Shown here: piece by piece, positions 40,337-51,790 of the stretch
Layout of the letters: every line of letters starts with the position of its first letter
Numbering within the stretch: position 1 is the stretch's first letter
DNA from: Eledone cirrhosa
Lineage: Eukaryota
Direction of reading: 5' to 3'
NCBI GenBank assembly: GCA_964016885.1
Contig: OZ024741.1
Coordinates: 321,222,001-321,286,000 of the forward strand
DNA length: 64,000 nt
Program-made: the position numbers and the translations under genes
Notes under the pieces: generated by a model
The model's input: the letters and a program-made list of their open reading frames with translations, nothing else
The model's database searches: none
What the model was told of the DNA's origin: nothing

Positions 40337-40340
<4 letters not shown>
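40231..40340 (+). repeat. Fold-back unit with hammerhead 3' half
   Basis: 40231-40262 and 40282-40313 are perfect reverse complements. Each reads GAAAC-GGC-ttgagctct-GCC-GTC (stem III + GUC). It sits in (TA)n. Confidence 0.8.
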
Positions 40341-40396
<56 letters not shown>

Positions 40397-40440
40397 AAGT
40401 TAAATAAAAGTCAAATGATTAAAATTTAGCTTCGTTTATT

Positions 40441-40495
40441 ACTGCTATATATATTTCAGTGACAGCCATCTTTGGCTGTGACCTCTTCAGGCAGT
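40441..40495 (-). ncRNA. Type I hammerhead ribozyme motif with long stem II
   Basis: Minus strand reads ACUGC-CUGAAGA-GGUCACAGCC-aaagau-GGCUGUCACU-GAAAU-AUAU-AUA-GCAGU. It has a 5-bp stem I, a ~9-bp stem II, a palindromic stem III and an AUA triplet. Confidence 0.82.
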
Positions 40496-40645
40496 TTGAA
40501 TTAGTATGGTATAGACAAGTACATATGTTGTTTAGGTGTATGATATTGTCAATACTCTGATATGCCCAGTTCCTTGTTGGGTTGTTAATTCACTGGGGAA
40601 CTGGAGTCATGGTGTTGGTATACAACCAACATAAACTCAAAATCT

Positions 40646-40679
<34 letters not shown>

Positions 40680-40687
40680 ATAGATAG

Positions 40688-40773
<86 letters not shown>

Positions 40774-41001
40774 ATTAGTTAAGCAAAGACAAGACCACAA
40801 ATTTCACAAATTTATAGATATATATATCCGATGAATTGACTGGTTACAACTATGTATTGGTGATCGAATGACGTGAAAACAAGCGGGTAGCGATCTCTAG
40901 ACCTACCAGTTCAGAGAAACAATTGTCAGCAATGAGATTAAAAACCTTTTTTGTATAGCAAACCGTGTCACTCTTCTTTCCTGATTTTTCCTGATCTTTC
41001 C

Positions 41002-41095
41002 TAGCTTACAATTGTTTCATCCAAACCTCGGTTTGGATGAAACAATTGTAAGCTAATAAACCGAGGTTTGGATGAAACAATTGTAAGCTAATAAA
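41002..41095 (+). repeat. Perfect hairpin plus tandem re-copy containing hammerhead 3' half
   Basis: tagcttacaattgtttcatccaaac-ctcg-gtttggatGAAACAATTGTAagcta, followed by aaaccgaggtttggatGAAACAATTGTAagcta. Confidence 0.8.
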
Positions 41096-41354
41096 TGGTT
41101 TGAACATAACTTTGATTCCTGTGAATTCTATATAACTGCTCTGTAGAACAACTGATGTTATTACATTGAGCTATTTATCTTACTGGTAATAAGGTAGTAA
41201 TAAATTACTGTCTTTCACTGTTTAGGGTTTAAAATATATATAACTATAAAAAGTTTTAGTATATACATAACCATAAATAGTATCCTTAATACTATATATA
41301 TATATATATATATTATATACATAAATCTTTCATATATTTATATATATATAATCT

Positions 41355-41404
<50 letters not shown>

Positions 41405-41449
41405 TAAATCATGTCTTTAGAATTATTAGATGAAATATATACCGTTTCT

Positions 41450-41508
<59 letters not shown>

Positions 41509-41936
41509 TGGTGTCTACCTGTCTATGGTAGAACCAATAACGTTGTTAGAACTCCATGTAGTCTAGAAGTAATAATTCGAACGAGATCAAGTGATGAGAG
41601 TTCTTGTTTTCATAGTAGACTTTCATCATATAGGATTCCGTTGTACATTCTAAACGAGTTACAGAGTCATATAGTAGTTATGTAAGTTCCTGTTATTAAT
41701 CTCAATATTCCACATCTAGCTCATCGTCTTCTTCAGAAACGATTGTTTCTGGGGAAGACGGTGAGATGGATGTGGAGTAAGGAGACTTATAACTACTGTC
41801 GATTTATCATGATCAATGAACCTTCTGAAACGATCGTAAAATAATGAACTGATTAAGCACTAAACTCCGCCTTTTGTTTTCATTGCTCAACACATACAGA
41901 TACACACACATATATATGTATGTATATATATATATA

Positions 41937-42011
<75 letters not shown>

Positions 42012-42131
42012 ATATATATATACATACATATATCTATATATATATATATACATACATATATATGCATATATATATACATATATATACACATATATATAGA
42101 TACATATATGTATACATATATATATATATAC

Positions 42132-42191
<60 letters not shown>

Positions 42192-42276
42192 GAGTGCATA
42201 TAGTATGTGTGTCTATAAATATGTTCTAGTTAGTCTTTATTTTTCTCCTGCTCGTATGGGTTTATGTGTTTGTGGC

Positions 42277-42350
<74 letters not shown>

Positions 42351-42552
42351 TGTCTGCGATTTGGTGGGTGAAAGCGTGTATCGGATGAAGGCTGGATCTA
42401 TATGATTAAAGAGGTATGTCGTAATGGCTGCTTTCCTCCCTGCATTGAATGGTTTCTCCTACAAAAGATAACAGCTAACTCGATCAATCAAACAACTTTT
42501 AATCGTAACCCCATACACAAATACACTCACATACACATACACACAAATACAC

Positions 42553-42585
<33 letters not shown>

Positions 42586-42692
42586 AACATACGCGCATAC
42601 ATATACAAAAATACACACATATATACACACACACATACGTATACGTACAGACATACACATATACAGAAATGCACACATATATATATATATAT

Positions 42693-43305
42693 ATGGTGGC
42701 TGCCAACTCGTTTTCGAGTACGGCCACTACTTTATATCCATGTAGGAGAACCCCTACCAATGCGCTGAACGAGTGTGACTTTTAGTCCAGCCAGCGACTT
42801 GAAAACTCTGGTACAAACACTACACCTGTGACAATTATTGACACATAGTGCTGGGCCCATGGTACCATGTGACGACAAGTGCAGAGAGATCAGAGATCTC
42901 CAGATATAAAGCAATGCCTGTGCCGTGAAGCTTTTATAGTGAGCAAAGGCACTGCACAAAGCCAGTCCCACTCTCTTAACCAAGATAATATTTACCAAAA
43001 AGAAGAACAAGTCAACATCATTGGATACCATCAGGGTTGCAGGTGTTATATCAGAGTTTCACCTTCTCCTAGAATTCTGCCTTGACAAAGGCTAAGGGGT
43101 CATCTCTCCCAGTGATTTTGGATGGCCATTGACTCTAAAGCGCTCCTTTGCCCTTTGACAGGTTTTGTTTTTAGTCCTGCAGGATGTCCAAAGTCACCCT
43201 CCTCACCAAGAAACCTTGGTGGGGTTGCCAGTTTAGTCGCCAACGACCATGGGACAGGTTGTACTGGGATACATGTTACCAGTAGCACCAACTGGTGACC
43301 TGACA
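42693..43305 (-). mobile_element. Non-autonomous RTE derivative: long 5'UTR fused to last zinc finger + 3'UTR
   Basis: 42910-43120 resembles the RTE 5'UTR at 48245-48475. 42770-42850 encodes HRCSVCTRVFKSLAGLK. 42693-42727 resembles the RTE 3' terminus. Confidence 0.8.
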
Positions 43306-43347
43306 CATACATACATACATACATACATACATACATACATACATACA

Positions 43348-43378
<31 letters not shown>

Positions 43379-43429
43379 CCATCCATCCATACATACATAC
43401 ATACATGCATGCATACATACATACATATC

Positions 43430-44160
43430 TCTATGCAATACAGGAACAAGAACTCCCTACCAAATATCTGCTACACAAAAGAGGAGGGCCAGCAGCTGAC
43501 AATAAATGTAGGCTATGTAAAACAAAGATCGAGGATGTAAGCCACATTGTTGCCAGCTGCGAAAGAATGTCATCTCGCTACTACCTCCCCATGAGACACA
43601 ATGGGATAGCTAGAACCATCTGGAACGCACTTCGGAAAACAAAATTAACAACAAACGAGGAAGAATATATTGAGACAGATGGCACTAAGGAATACTGGTG
43701 GAACCTGAAAATAAAAACTGCCACCAAATTAAAGCACAACCGGCCTGATATTGTAGTTTGGGACCACACATTGAAAACGTGTTCTGTTGTGGAGATCAGC
43801 TGCCCACTTGATGTAAACGTTGTCAGAAAAATACAGGAGAAGGAGGACATCTACGGACCATTGATGAGGAGTTTACAAATCCAGTATCCAAGATACACCT
43901 TTAGCTTCATACCAATCATTATTGGAGCTACGGGTTATATACCAACCCGCTTGGACCAAAGTATGACTGAACTTGGATTTGCGGACAAAAAGCGCAGCTC
44001 CCTGATTCATAGTCTACAAATGGCTGCGATAGCTGGCACCTTCAAAATTTGCAAAAAATTCCTGCGATTCAAGGGATGACAATTTCTTTTCTTTTACAAC
44101 CTTGCCACCAGGAAGGTGGCCGGTCAAAAAAATATACTCGAAATTAAGAGAAAGAGAAAA
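43430..44160 (+). mobile_element. 5'-truncated RLE-type LINE (R4/Dong-like) inserted in (CATA)n
   Basis: Open frame to 44079: AIQEQELPTKY, CRLC-x-SHIVASC, RHNGIAR, HNRPDIVVWD...VEISCPLD...PIIIGATG. (CATA)n lies on both sides. Confidence 0.88.
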
Positions 44161-44259
44161 CATACATACATACATACATGCATGCATACATATGCATACA
44201 TACATATGCATACATACATACATACATACGCATACATACATACATACATACATACATAC

Positions 44260-44338
44260 ATGATGGCTGCCCCCTCGTTATCGAGTATGGCCATTGCACA
44301 ATTAAAAAAAAAAAAAAAAAATAAAAAAAAAAAAATAA

Positions 44339-44372
<34 letters not shown>

Positions 44373-44412
44373 AAAAAAAAAAAAAAAAATAAAAAAAATA
44401 AAAAAAAAAAAA

Positions 44413-44467
<55 letters not shown>

Positions 44468-44546
44468 GCAATAATAATAATAACGACAACAACAATAATA
44501 ATATACATATTCATATATATATACACACACACGCACGCACATAAGC

Positions 44547-44584
<38 letters not shown>

Positions 44585-47500
44585 GATAGCAACTAACAGT
44601 GCTGCGATCGAATGTGGCTTTTTAGCCCAGCCAATGATCCAAAATGTCTTGCACAGAGTCGGCAACCAAAACATTTACTGGGAATAGTCGGCTGTGGTTG
44701 GAGTTCGTGTACTTTTGCATGTCGCTTGAGTCCTCCTGCTGATTTACATTCTCTACCACATGTTTGGCAAGCATGATGAGTAGCATCTCCAACAGCAGCC
44801 TGGTAGTCAACCACTGGTCTTACTTTATGACTGCGAAGATGACTTTCGAGTCCAGCTTTGCTTAGGCAGAGTCTCGCACAGACGCTGCATGTCAGAAACA
44901 TAGGAGGACCCTCGCCGTCTGGAAGTGCAACAGCAATACCCTTCCTCACGTCCCGCTTTACTTTCTCGTGTGCGATTCGAGATGCCTCAAAGGCAACTTT
45001 TCCCTCATATACAGTCTTTCTCCATTTATTACGATCAGCAGCAATATTTTCCCATGTATCAGCAGAGATGTTAGCGTCTTTCAGAGAGGCCTTCAAGGAA
45101 TCCTTATACCTCTTTTTTGGTTTATGTGGCGGTCGTTTTCCTTTAACCAACTCTCCATAGAAGAGTTGTTTTGGTATTCTAGAATCCTTCATCCTGGCAA
45201 GGTGACCACTCCAACGGAGTCGCTGCTTAAGCACAAGAGCTTCTATACTGTCACACATAGAGCTTTCCAAAATCTCGACATCACTGATGTGGTCCCTCCA
45301 GCGAACGCCATGTATCCGTCTGAGACACATCTGATGGAAACGCTCCAATTGCTCAAGGTGGCGTCGATATGTGACCCAGGTCTCGCAGGCATAAAGAAGA
45401 CAAGAGAGTACACATGCCCTGTACACCTTTACCTTTGTCCTCCTGCATATGTCTCGCCGACCCCAGAGTCGCCTTTCTAGCTTTCCGAAAGCATCACTTG
45501 CTTTCCTAATCCTAAGTGAGATTTCACCGTCAAGGTTGCCGTATCGATTGACAGTGCTTCCCAGGTAGACAAACTGATCAACCACTCCAAGTCGCTTGCC
45601 ATACACATAGATGTTTGGTTCAGTGTACTGCCTACCAGGTGCAGGTTGGTACATGACGACGGTTTTCTTGAGACTGACAGTCAAACCCAGGGCAGTGCAA
45701 GCGTCAGAAAATACATTCAAAATGTGCTGCATATCACTCTCTGTGTGCGCTACAAGATCGCAATCATCTGCATACAAGAGGTCTCTTATGACTGATGTAA
45801 ATACTTTTGTCCTCGCAGCAAAGCGCCTGATGTTAAATATGCTGCCTGAGGTTCGATATCGGATGTAAACACCATGCTCGCAATTCCTGAATGCAACACA
45901 GAAAACCATTGCAAAGTATATGGCAAACAGGGTCGGTGCTGGAATATCCCCCTGTTTCACTCCATTTTTTACTGAGATAGGCTCCGACATGTTACCTCCG
46001 ACATTAACCCAAGCCTTCATGTCGTCATGGAAAGACCTAACTAAAGCAAGGAACTTATCAGGGCAACCAAGTTTCTGGAGAACCTTCCATAATGCATCTC
46101 TGTTGACAGTATCGAAAGCCTTTGTCAGATCGACAAAAACCTGATACAGATCCAAGCCCTGTTCAATGCACTTCTCCTGGAGCTGTCTAGCTGAGAAGAT
46201 CATATCAGTAGTGCCGCGTCCAACACGAAAACCAGATTGACTTTCAGGAAGGACACAATCTGCAATGTGTGTCAGCAGACGGTCCAGAAGCACCCTACAT
46301 AAAACTTTCCCCACGACAGAAAGCAATGATATACCTCTGTAGTTCCCACAATCATTCCTGTTACCCTTTCCCTTGTACAAGACCACCATTACTGCATCTC
46401 TCCAGTCCTCAGGCACGGATTCATTAGCCCATATCCCTCCAAACAGAGAGTGAAGATGTTGCAGGAGTCTCTCACCACCATATTGTAGGAGCTCAGCATG
46501 TATGCCATCCATACCTGGAGATCTTCCACTGTTCAGCTTCGAAATAGCCACTGCAACCTCCACAAGTGTCGGAGGCTCTGCGAGAGCTACTTTCACAGGA
46601 CTTTCCGGAATGAGATTGAGGAAATCTTCACTGACGACAGACGGCTGATTCAAAAGATCATCAAAGTGCTCCCGCCACCTTCGTAGAATTCCCTGTGAGT
46701 CACGAAGAAGTTCTTTGCCATCCCTGCTGCGAATCGGTGTCACCAGAGAAGAAGACGGTCCATAAACCTCACGCAAGAGACTGTACAACAGCTTTGTGTT
46801 ATTGCAATCAGACGCAGTTTGTATCTCACCAGCCTTCTCACTCCACCACTGATCCTTCATCTGAGAAAGACTCCGCCTAACACGTGATTTTACATCCCTG
46901 AGCTCCTCATGCAACGTATTCCTCTCCTGTGGTCTTGCCGTCAAGTAGCGTGACAGAGCGCGCCTCTTATCAGCCAACAAGTCATCTATATGCACATCTT
47001 TCTCATTAAACCAGTCCTGATGTTTTCTCTGCACCAATCCCAGAACACGTCTGCCTACATCATAAACCGACTTTTTAAGGGTCGGCCAATCCTCACCAAG
47101 ATCTGCAGCCTGCATCTCTTCTTCCAATGTCCTCTTCACATTTTTATCCTTAAGACGAGCAGCATTCAATCTTTTGGGCAGGGTAACACCAGGAGCCCGG
47201 ATTTTACGTTTGGTGATTAGATTCACTTTTGCGCGTACCAGGCGGTGGTCCGTCCAGCACTCAGCTCCACGAAGAACACGAACACACCGCACATCCTGTC
47301 TGTCACGCATCCTGACTAGGACGTAGTCCAAAAGATGCCATTCCTTAGATGCAGGATGCATCCATGTGGTCTTGAATTTGTTCTTTTGTTGGAACATGGT
47401 GTTGGTAACACACAGATCCAGCTCCTCACACATCTGCAGCAAGAGCATACCATTGCTGTTACACTTTCCCACCCCATGCCTTCCGATTACATTCCATGTG

Positions 47501-48146
47501 TTAAAATCCCTACCCACTCTAGCATTAAAGTCACCAAGCACGATGACTTTGTCTGCCTGAGGGATATTTCTTAAAACACCTTTCAAGGCATGGTAAAAGG
47601 ACAGTTTTTCTTCATCGACAGAATTCATAGTTGGAGCATACACACTCACCAGGGTAGCATATCTTCCCTTGTCCAGCGGAACTCTCATGGACATAAGACG
47701 CTCACTAATCCCCACTGGGAATTCTTCCAATTTATTCACCAGTACAGTCTTAACAGCAAATCCTACCCCAGCCTCTCTTCTGGTTCCTTCATCTCTTCCT
47801 TTCCAGAAGAATGTATATTCTCCACAAAATTCCGTAAGATGACCATCTCCAGCTAACCTCGTCTCAGACAAAGCCACGATGTCAAGATCGTAACGTCGAA
47901 GCTCCTTCGCAACAAGAGCGGTCCTTCGTTCAGGACGCTCCAAAGAATCCCTGTCAAGCAGCGTCCGTACGTTCCAGCAGCCAAGACTAAATGCCCTGTT
48001 TGGCTCTATTACAATGGCACGATGACGGGCGGGCCCAGGTTGTGATAACTTGGGGCCCCTGCCCTTATTGCCAATGATCTCTTTTGTTCCAGAACCCAAA
48101 TTGGCATTTATCTCGTTTACATTGTTCTGGAACATCATTGAATTGG

Positions 48147-48178
<32 letters not shown>

Positions 48179-48183
48179 TAATA

Positions 48184-48218
<35 letters not shown>

Positions 48219-48519
48219 ACACTATTAATAATTATTAATGCACTCGTGCAATGCCTGTGCGTGACGAATATTTTTAAAGTGAGGAAAGACTGTGCACTGA
48301 ACCAATCCCACTCTCTGAGCGACAGTAGCTATAACCCGAAAAGAAGAAAAGATCAACATCATCGGTAACTACTGAGCCGCAGGTTTTATATCGGAGTTAA
48401 CCCAGTTTCCTGAGATGCCTTCTCCTAGAAGAATACCCTGACATGGGCTAGGGGTTCTTCACTCCCAGTGGTTTAACTGCGCGATCGGGCATCCAGCCCG
48501 ATTATTTCTATGTCCCCGC

Positions 48520-48521
<2 letters not shown>
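44260..48521 (-). mobile_element. RTE-clade LINE with intact ORF
   Basis: 5'UTR ~48521-48139, single ORF, 3' terminus ggccatactcgataacgagggggcagccatc, then a (ATGT)n tail. Confidence 0.93.
44593..48138 (-). CDS. RTE LINE polyprotein: APE endonuclease, reverse transcriptase, three C2H2 zinc fingers (1181 aa)
   Basis: WNVRTL, LSETR, VYAPT, GDFNARVG, LDYVL, TDHRLV; FVDLTKAFD, GVKQGD, YADD, YLGS; CSVC..HLRSH, CQTC..HAKVH, CRLC..HIRSQH. There are no stops or frameshifts. Confidence 0.96.
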   Translation of the reverse strand: MMFQNNVNEINANLGSGTKEIIGNKGRGPKLSQPGPARHRAIVIEPNRAFSLGCWNVRTLLDRDSLERPERRTALVAKELRRYDLDIVALSETRLAGDGHLTEFCGEYTFFWKGRDEGTRREAGVGFAVKTVLVNKLEEFPVGISERLMSMRVPLDKGRYATLVSVYAPTMNSVDEEKLSFYHALKGVLRNIPQADKVIVLGDFNARVGRDFNTWNVIGRHGVGKCNSNGMLLLQMCEELDLCVTNTMFQQKNKFKTTWMHPASKEWHLLDYVLVRMRDRQDVRCVRVLRGAECWTDHRLVRAKVNLITKRKIRAPGVTLPKRLNAARLKDKNVKRTLEEEMQAADLGEDWPTLKKSVYDVGRRVLGLVQRKHQDWFNEKDVHIDDLLADKRRALSRYLTARPQERNTLHEELRDVKSRVRRSLSQMKDQWWSEKAGEIQTASDCNNTKLLYSLLREVYGPSSSLVTPIRSRDGKELLRDSQGILRRWREHFDDLLNQPSVVSEDFLNLIPESPVKVALAEPPTLVEVAVAISKLNSGRSPGMDGIHAELLQYGGERLLQHLHSLFGGIWANESVPEDWRDAVMVVLYKGKGNRNDCGNYRGISLLSVVGKVLCRVLLDRLLTHIADCVLPESQSGFRVGRGTTDMIFSARQLQEKCIEQGLDLYQVFVDLTKAFDTVNRDALWKVLQKLGCPDKFLALVRSFHDDMKAWVNVGGNMSEPISVKNGVKQGDIPAPTLFAIYFAMVFCVAFRNCEHGVYIRYRTSGSIFNIRRFAARTKVFTSVIRDLLYADDCDLVAHTESDMQHILNVFSDACTALGLTVSLKKTVVMYQPAPGRQYTEPNIYVYGKRLGVVDQFVYLGSTVNRYGNLDGEISLRIRKASDAFGKLERRLWGRRDICRRTKVKVYRACVLSCLLYACETWVTYRRHLEQLERFHQMCLRRIHGVRWRDHISDVEILESSMCDSIEALVLKQRLRWSGHLARMKDSRIPKQLFYGELVKGKRPPHKPKKRYKDSLKASLKDANISADTWENIAADRNKWRKTVYEGKVAFEASRIAHEKVKRDVRKGIAVALPDGEGPPMFLTCSVCARLCLSKAGLESHLRSHKVRPVVDYQAAVGDATHHACQTCGRECKSAGGLKRHAKVHELQPQPTIPSKCFGCRLCARHFGSLAGLKSHIRSQHC

Positions 48522-48553
<32 letters not shown>

Positions 48554-49583
48554 ACTTATTGACACTTATACGTACGACATACACACACACGCATACATAT
48601 GCGTGCACACAGCAACACTCACACACACAACAAACACACACACACGCTACTCTACTCACTTACACGCACACACACACATATATATATATATATTACCGTC
48701 ATTACTGATACAAGATTACCAGATTATGTCAACTGTTGACTTTCAAGAGTTTGTATAGTTGAAGCCGATCGTATTACAGTCCAGTATTACTATAATTGCT
48801 TTACAGCATAGAGTTATGGCTCTCCACGGAGTCAACAAAAGAGAGTACCAGTGATGCGCTGGCCAGTCGCTGGATCCGTGCCAAAAGCAGAAAAATTATT
48901 ATTAAAGTTGTTCTTAAGGCCAGGTCGCTGGTGATGGTGATGGCGACGGCGGTGGCGGTGGTGGTGGTGGTGGCAGTTGATGTTGTTGTTCTGTTGTGTG
49001 TGTGTGTGTGTGTGTGTGTGTTTTGTTATTTTGAGTTTTTTTTTTTTTTTTTCCTTTCTTTTTTTTCTCCTTTTTTTTTTTTTTTTTTTCCCCTTCCCTT
49101 TTCTTTTTTCTTTTCCCTTCCTTTTTTTTATGTTTTGATGCCGCTGTTGTTGTTGTTGTAATTGTTGTAAATGTTCATTTCAGTTCATTCTGAAGCTGTT
49201 GTTGCTGTAAACATTAGGGCCGGTGTTGTTGTTGTTGTAGATGTTGGGGTTGAAATCTGGTTGTTTGACTGAGTGATGTATATACACACATATACATACA
49301 CACACATATATATATATACATTCATCAGAGAGTAGAGAGTTTGACAACAGGTCGATGACTTTAGTCTCGATAGGGTATGGTATGGTAATGACATGTGATG
49401 GTGGGGAGAGAGTGTAGACTTTATTGTGGTGGTGTGGACAGTGAGATGTATCTAGTTCATTTGACCGTTTTCTTCTCTTAGCAAAATTTGAATTCTAGCC
49501 ATGTTATATTGAGATGTAAGTAAATGTAAAATATAAATAAGGATTGCTCTGCAATACATACATACATACATACGTACATAAAT

Positions 49584-49648
49584 AATGGTGGCTGCCAACT
49601 CGTTTTCGAGTACGGCCACTACTTTATATCCATGTAGGAGAACCCCTA
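49584..49648 (-). mobile_element. RTE 3' terminal fragment
   Basis: Identical by eye to ~42693-42756. Confidence 0.85.
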
Positions 49649-50355
49649 TACACATACATACGCACAAATACACTCACATACACACATACACAAATACACA
49701 TATATATATACACACACACATAAACATACGCGCATACATATTCACAAATACACACATATATACACACATACACACAAATACATACATATATGCACACACA
49801 CATACACATACGCAAATATATGCACATATACAGATACACATACATTAACACAAACAATCAAATACGCGAATACCTATACATTCACAAATACACACACATT
49901 CTCACACATACATAAAACGTCCATGAATATACATTCACACATGCAAGCACATGAGCATACACACACGTACATATGCAAACAGCTACACAAGCACATACAT
50001 GCAAAAATATATAGACACGCCACACAAACACACACTCATACATATACGTATATGCACACGTACACACTCACACACAAAGACACGCATACATTTACACACA
50101 AAGATACAGGTACATTCACACACGCACCAATATACATAAACACATATACATGTGTGTGTATAACTACACGTGCGCATGCACGCAACGCATGCATACGTAC
50201 TTACATTCACAGACACATGCATGCACGCATATATGCACACCCAAACACCTTATACACGGATATACATACACAGGCCGAGACTCTAATACTTCCATGCATA
50301 CATATGCATACAAAAACATAAAGGTATACAATCACACGCACATTAATATGCACAT

Positions 50356-50429
<74 letters not shown>

Positions 50430-51374
50430 GTACACATATATTCACACGTTAATACATGCACATTCTACACAAATATACATACACACACGACTAGCATGAC
50501 AGCTTTATAACTTGAGGCGCTTGATGCTATATTTTGATTTGTATTTTTGTTGTTATTTTTTCTTATCTCTTGTAATTTTCCTTTTATTTGTAAATTAGAA
50601 TTATTTTTACTCTCTCTTTTTCTAATTTTTGTTGTTGTTTTTTGTTAGTTTTGTTTTATTTTATTTTATTTTATTTTATTTTATTTTATTTTTTCTTGTT
50701 GCCATTTCGTTTTTCATCTGAAATTTGATAAATACGGGAAGTGAATGACAAACCAATTCATCGCTTTCTTCAATCAATAAACTGCAATTTGACAGTCGCC
50801 ATTTTGTCGTGAAACTTTACAGCTTTGCCAGTTGATTGGCGACTCTCTCTCTTTATGTATAATGATATATGTATAGATATGTATGTGAGAGTGGCTGTAG
50901 AGGTGTATATGTGCGTGTGCGGGTTGATGTGAGTGAACAGAATATATGTATATATATATATATATGGGGGGTGTATTTATGGAGGGGTTAGCTTTTCAAG
51001 ATCCCCGAGGCAAAAAGTCCTTAAATGATCTTTACTGCCACATATGTATCACCTCGCCATACTTTCTTGAATTACCAGTCATAAAGCTTTTCTCTCGGCC
51101 GGCACCAACTACAGGGTGTAAATATGGAACCGTTTTGGGAAGCCAAGAAAGTATGTATGTACATAGATACCTCCCCCCCCCCCCATCACAAATCGTTTTC
51201 CAGTCAACATCGTCACCTAGGTCTTTTACGGCAACCCTTGTATCAAATACTGTGAACAGGTATGTGACACCCAAAAAAAGCTTGTCAAGGGCTCGTCTGT
51301 TGGAAACTATGCAACAGAAAAAACTGCTCCTTCGCCCCAATTCCCATCGTTACTCTTATTTGTATGTATGTATG

Positions 51375-51790
51375 TTCAACCAAGCGTCTCACTGCCAACA
51401 CTAAGGCACTGAGTACCTTCATCAGAGAATTTCTGTATGCAGATGATTGTGATATCTTTGCACACTCCCAGAGTGACATGCAACACCTTATGGATTCTTT
51501 TTCCAATGCGTGAAGTGCTTTGGGACTGACAATCAGTCTGAAGTAGACCTGCTCCGGATAAAGTTTTCAATGAAAACTCCATAGATGTATACCGTCAAAA
51601 GCTGAAGGCTGTTGACAGATTTGTGTATTTGGGGAGTACTCTGAGTGTGACATGCTCTCTGGGTGCAGAAGTTGGTCTATGTGTTAGTAAGGCAAGTGAA
51701 TCATTTGGAAGGCTCAGCGACCGCCTTTGGTGCAGGCGAGGAATCACAATGAAGACCAAGGTGAAAATGTATGCTGCATGTGTACAGTCA
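51375..51790 (+). mobile_element. RTE RT fragment
   Basis: IREFLYADDCDIFAHSQSDMQHLMDSFSNA...VDRFVYLGSTLS. Confidence 0.85.

Noticed and set aside
44858-47856. Plus-strand ORFs of 60-170 aa
   Set aside because: They are antisense shadows of the RTE ORF.
50790-50850. YY1-like CGCCATTTT and CCAAT-like motifs suggesting a promoter
   Set aside because: Short motifs like these are expected by chance, and the ATG opens only a 10-codon frame.
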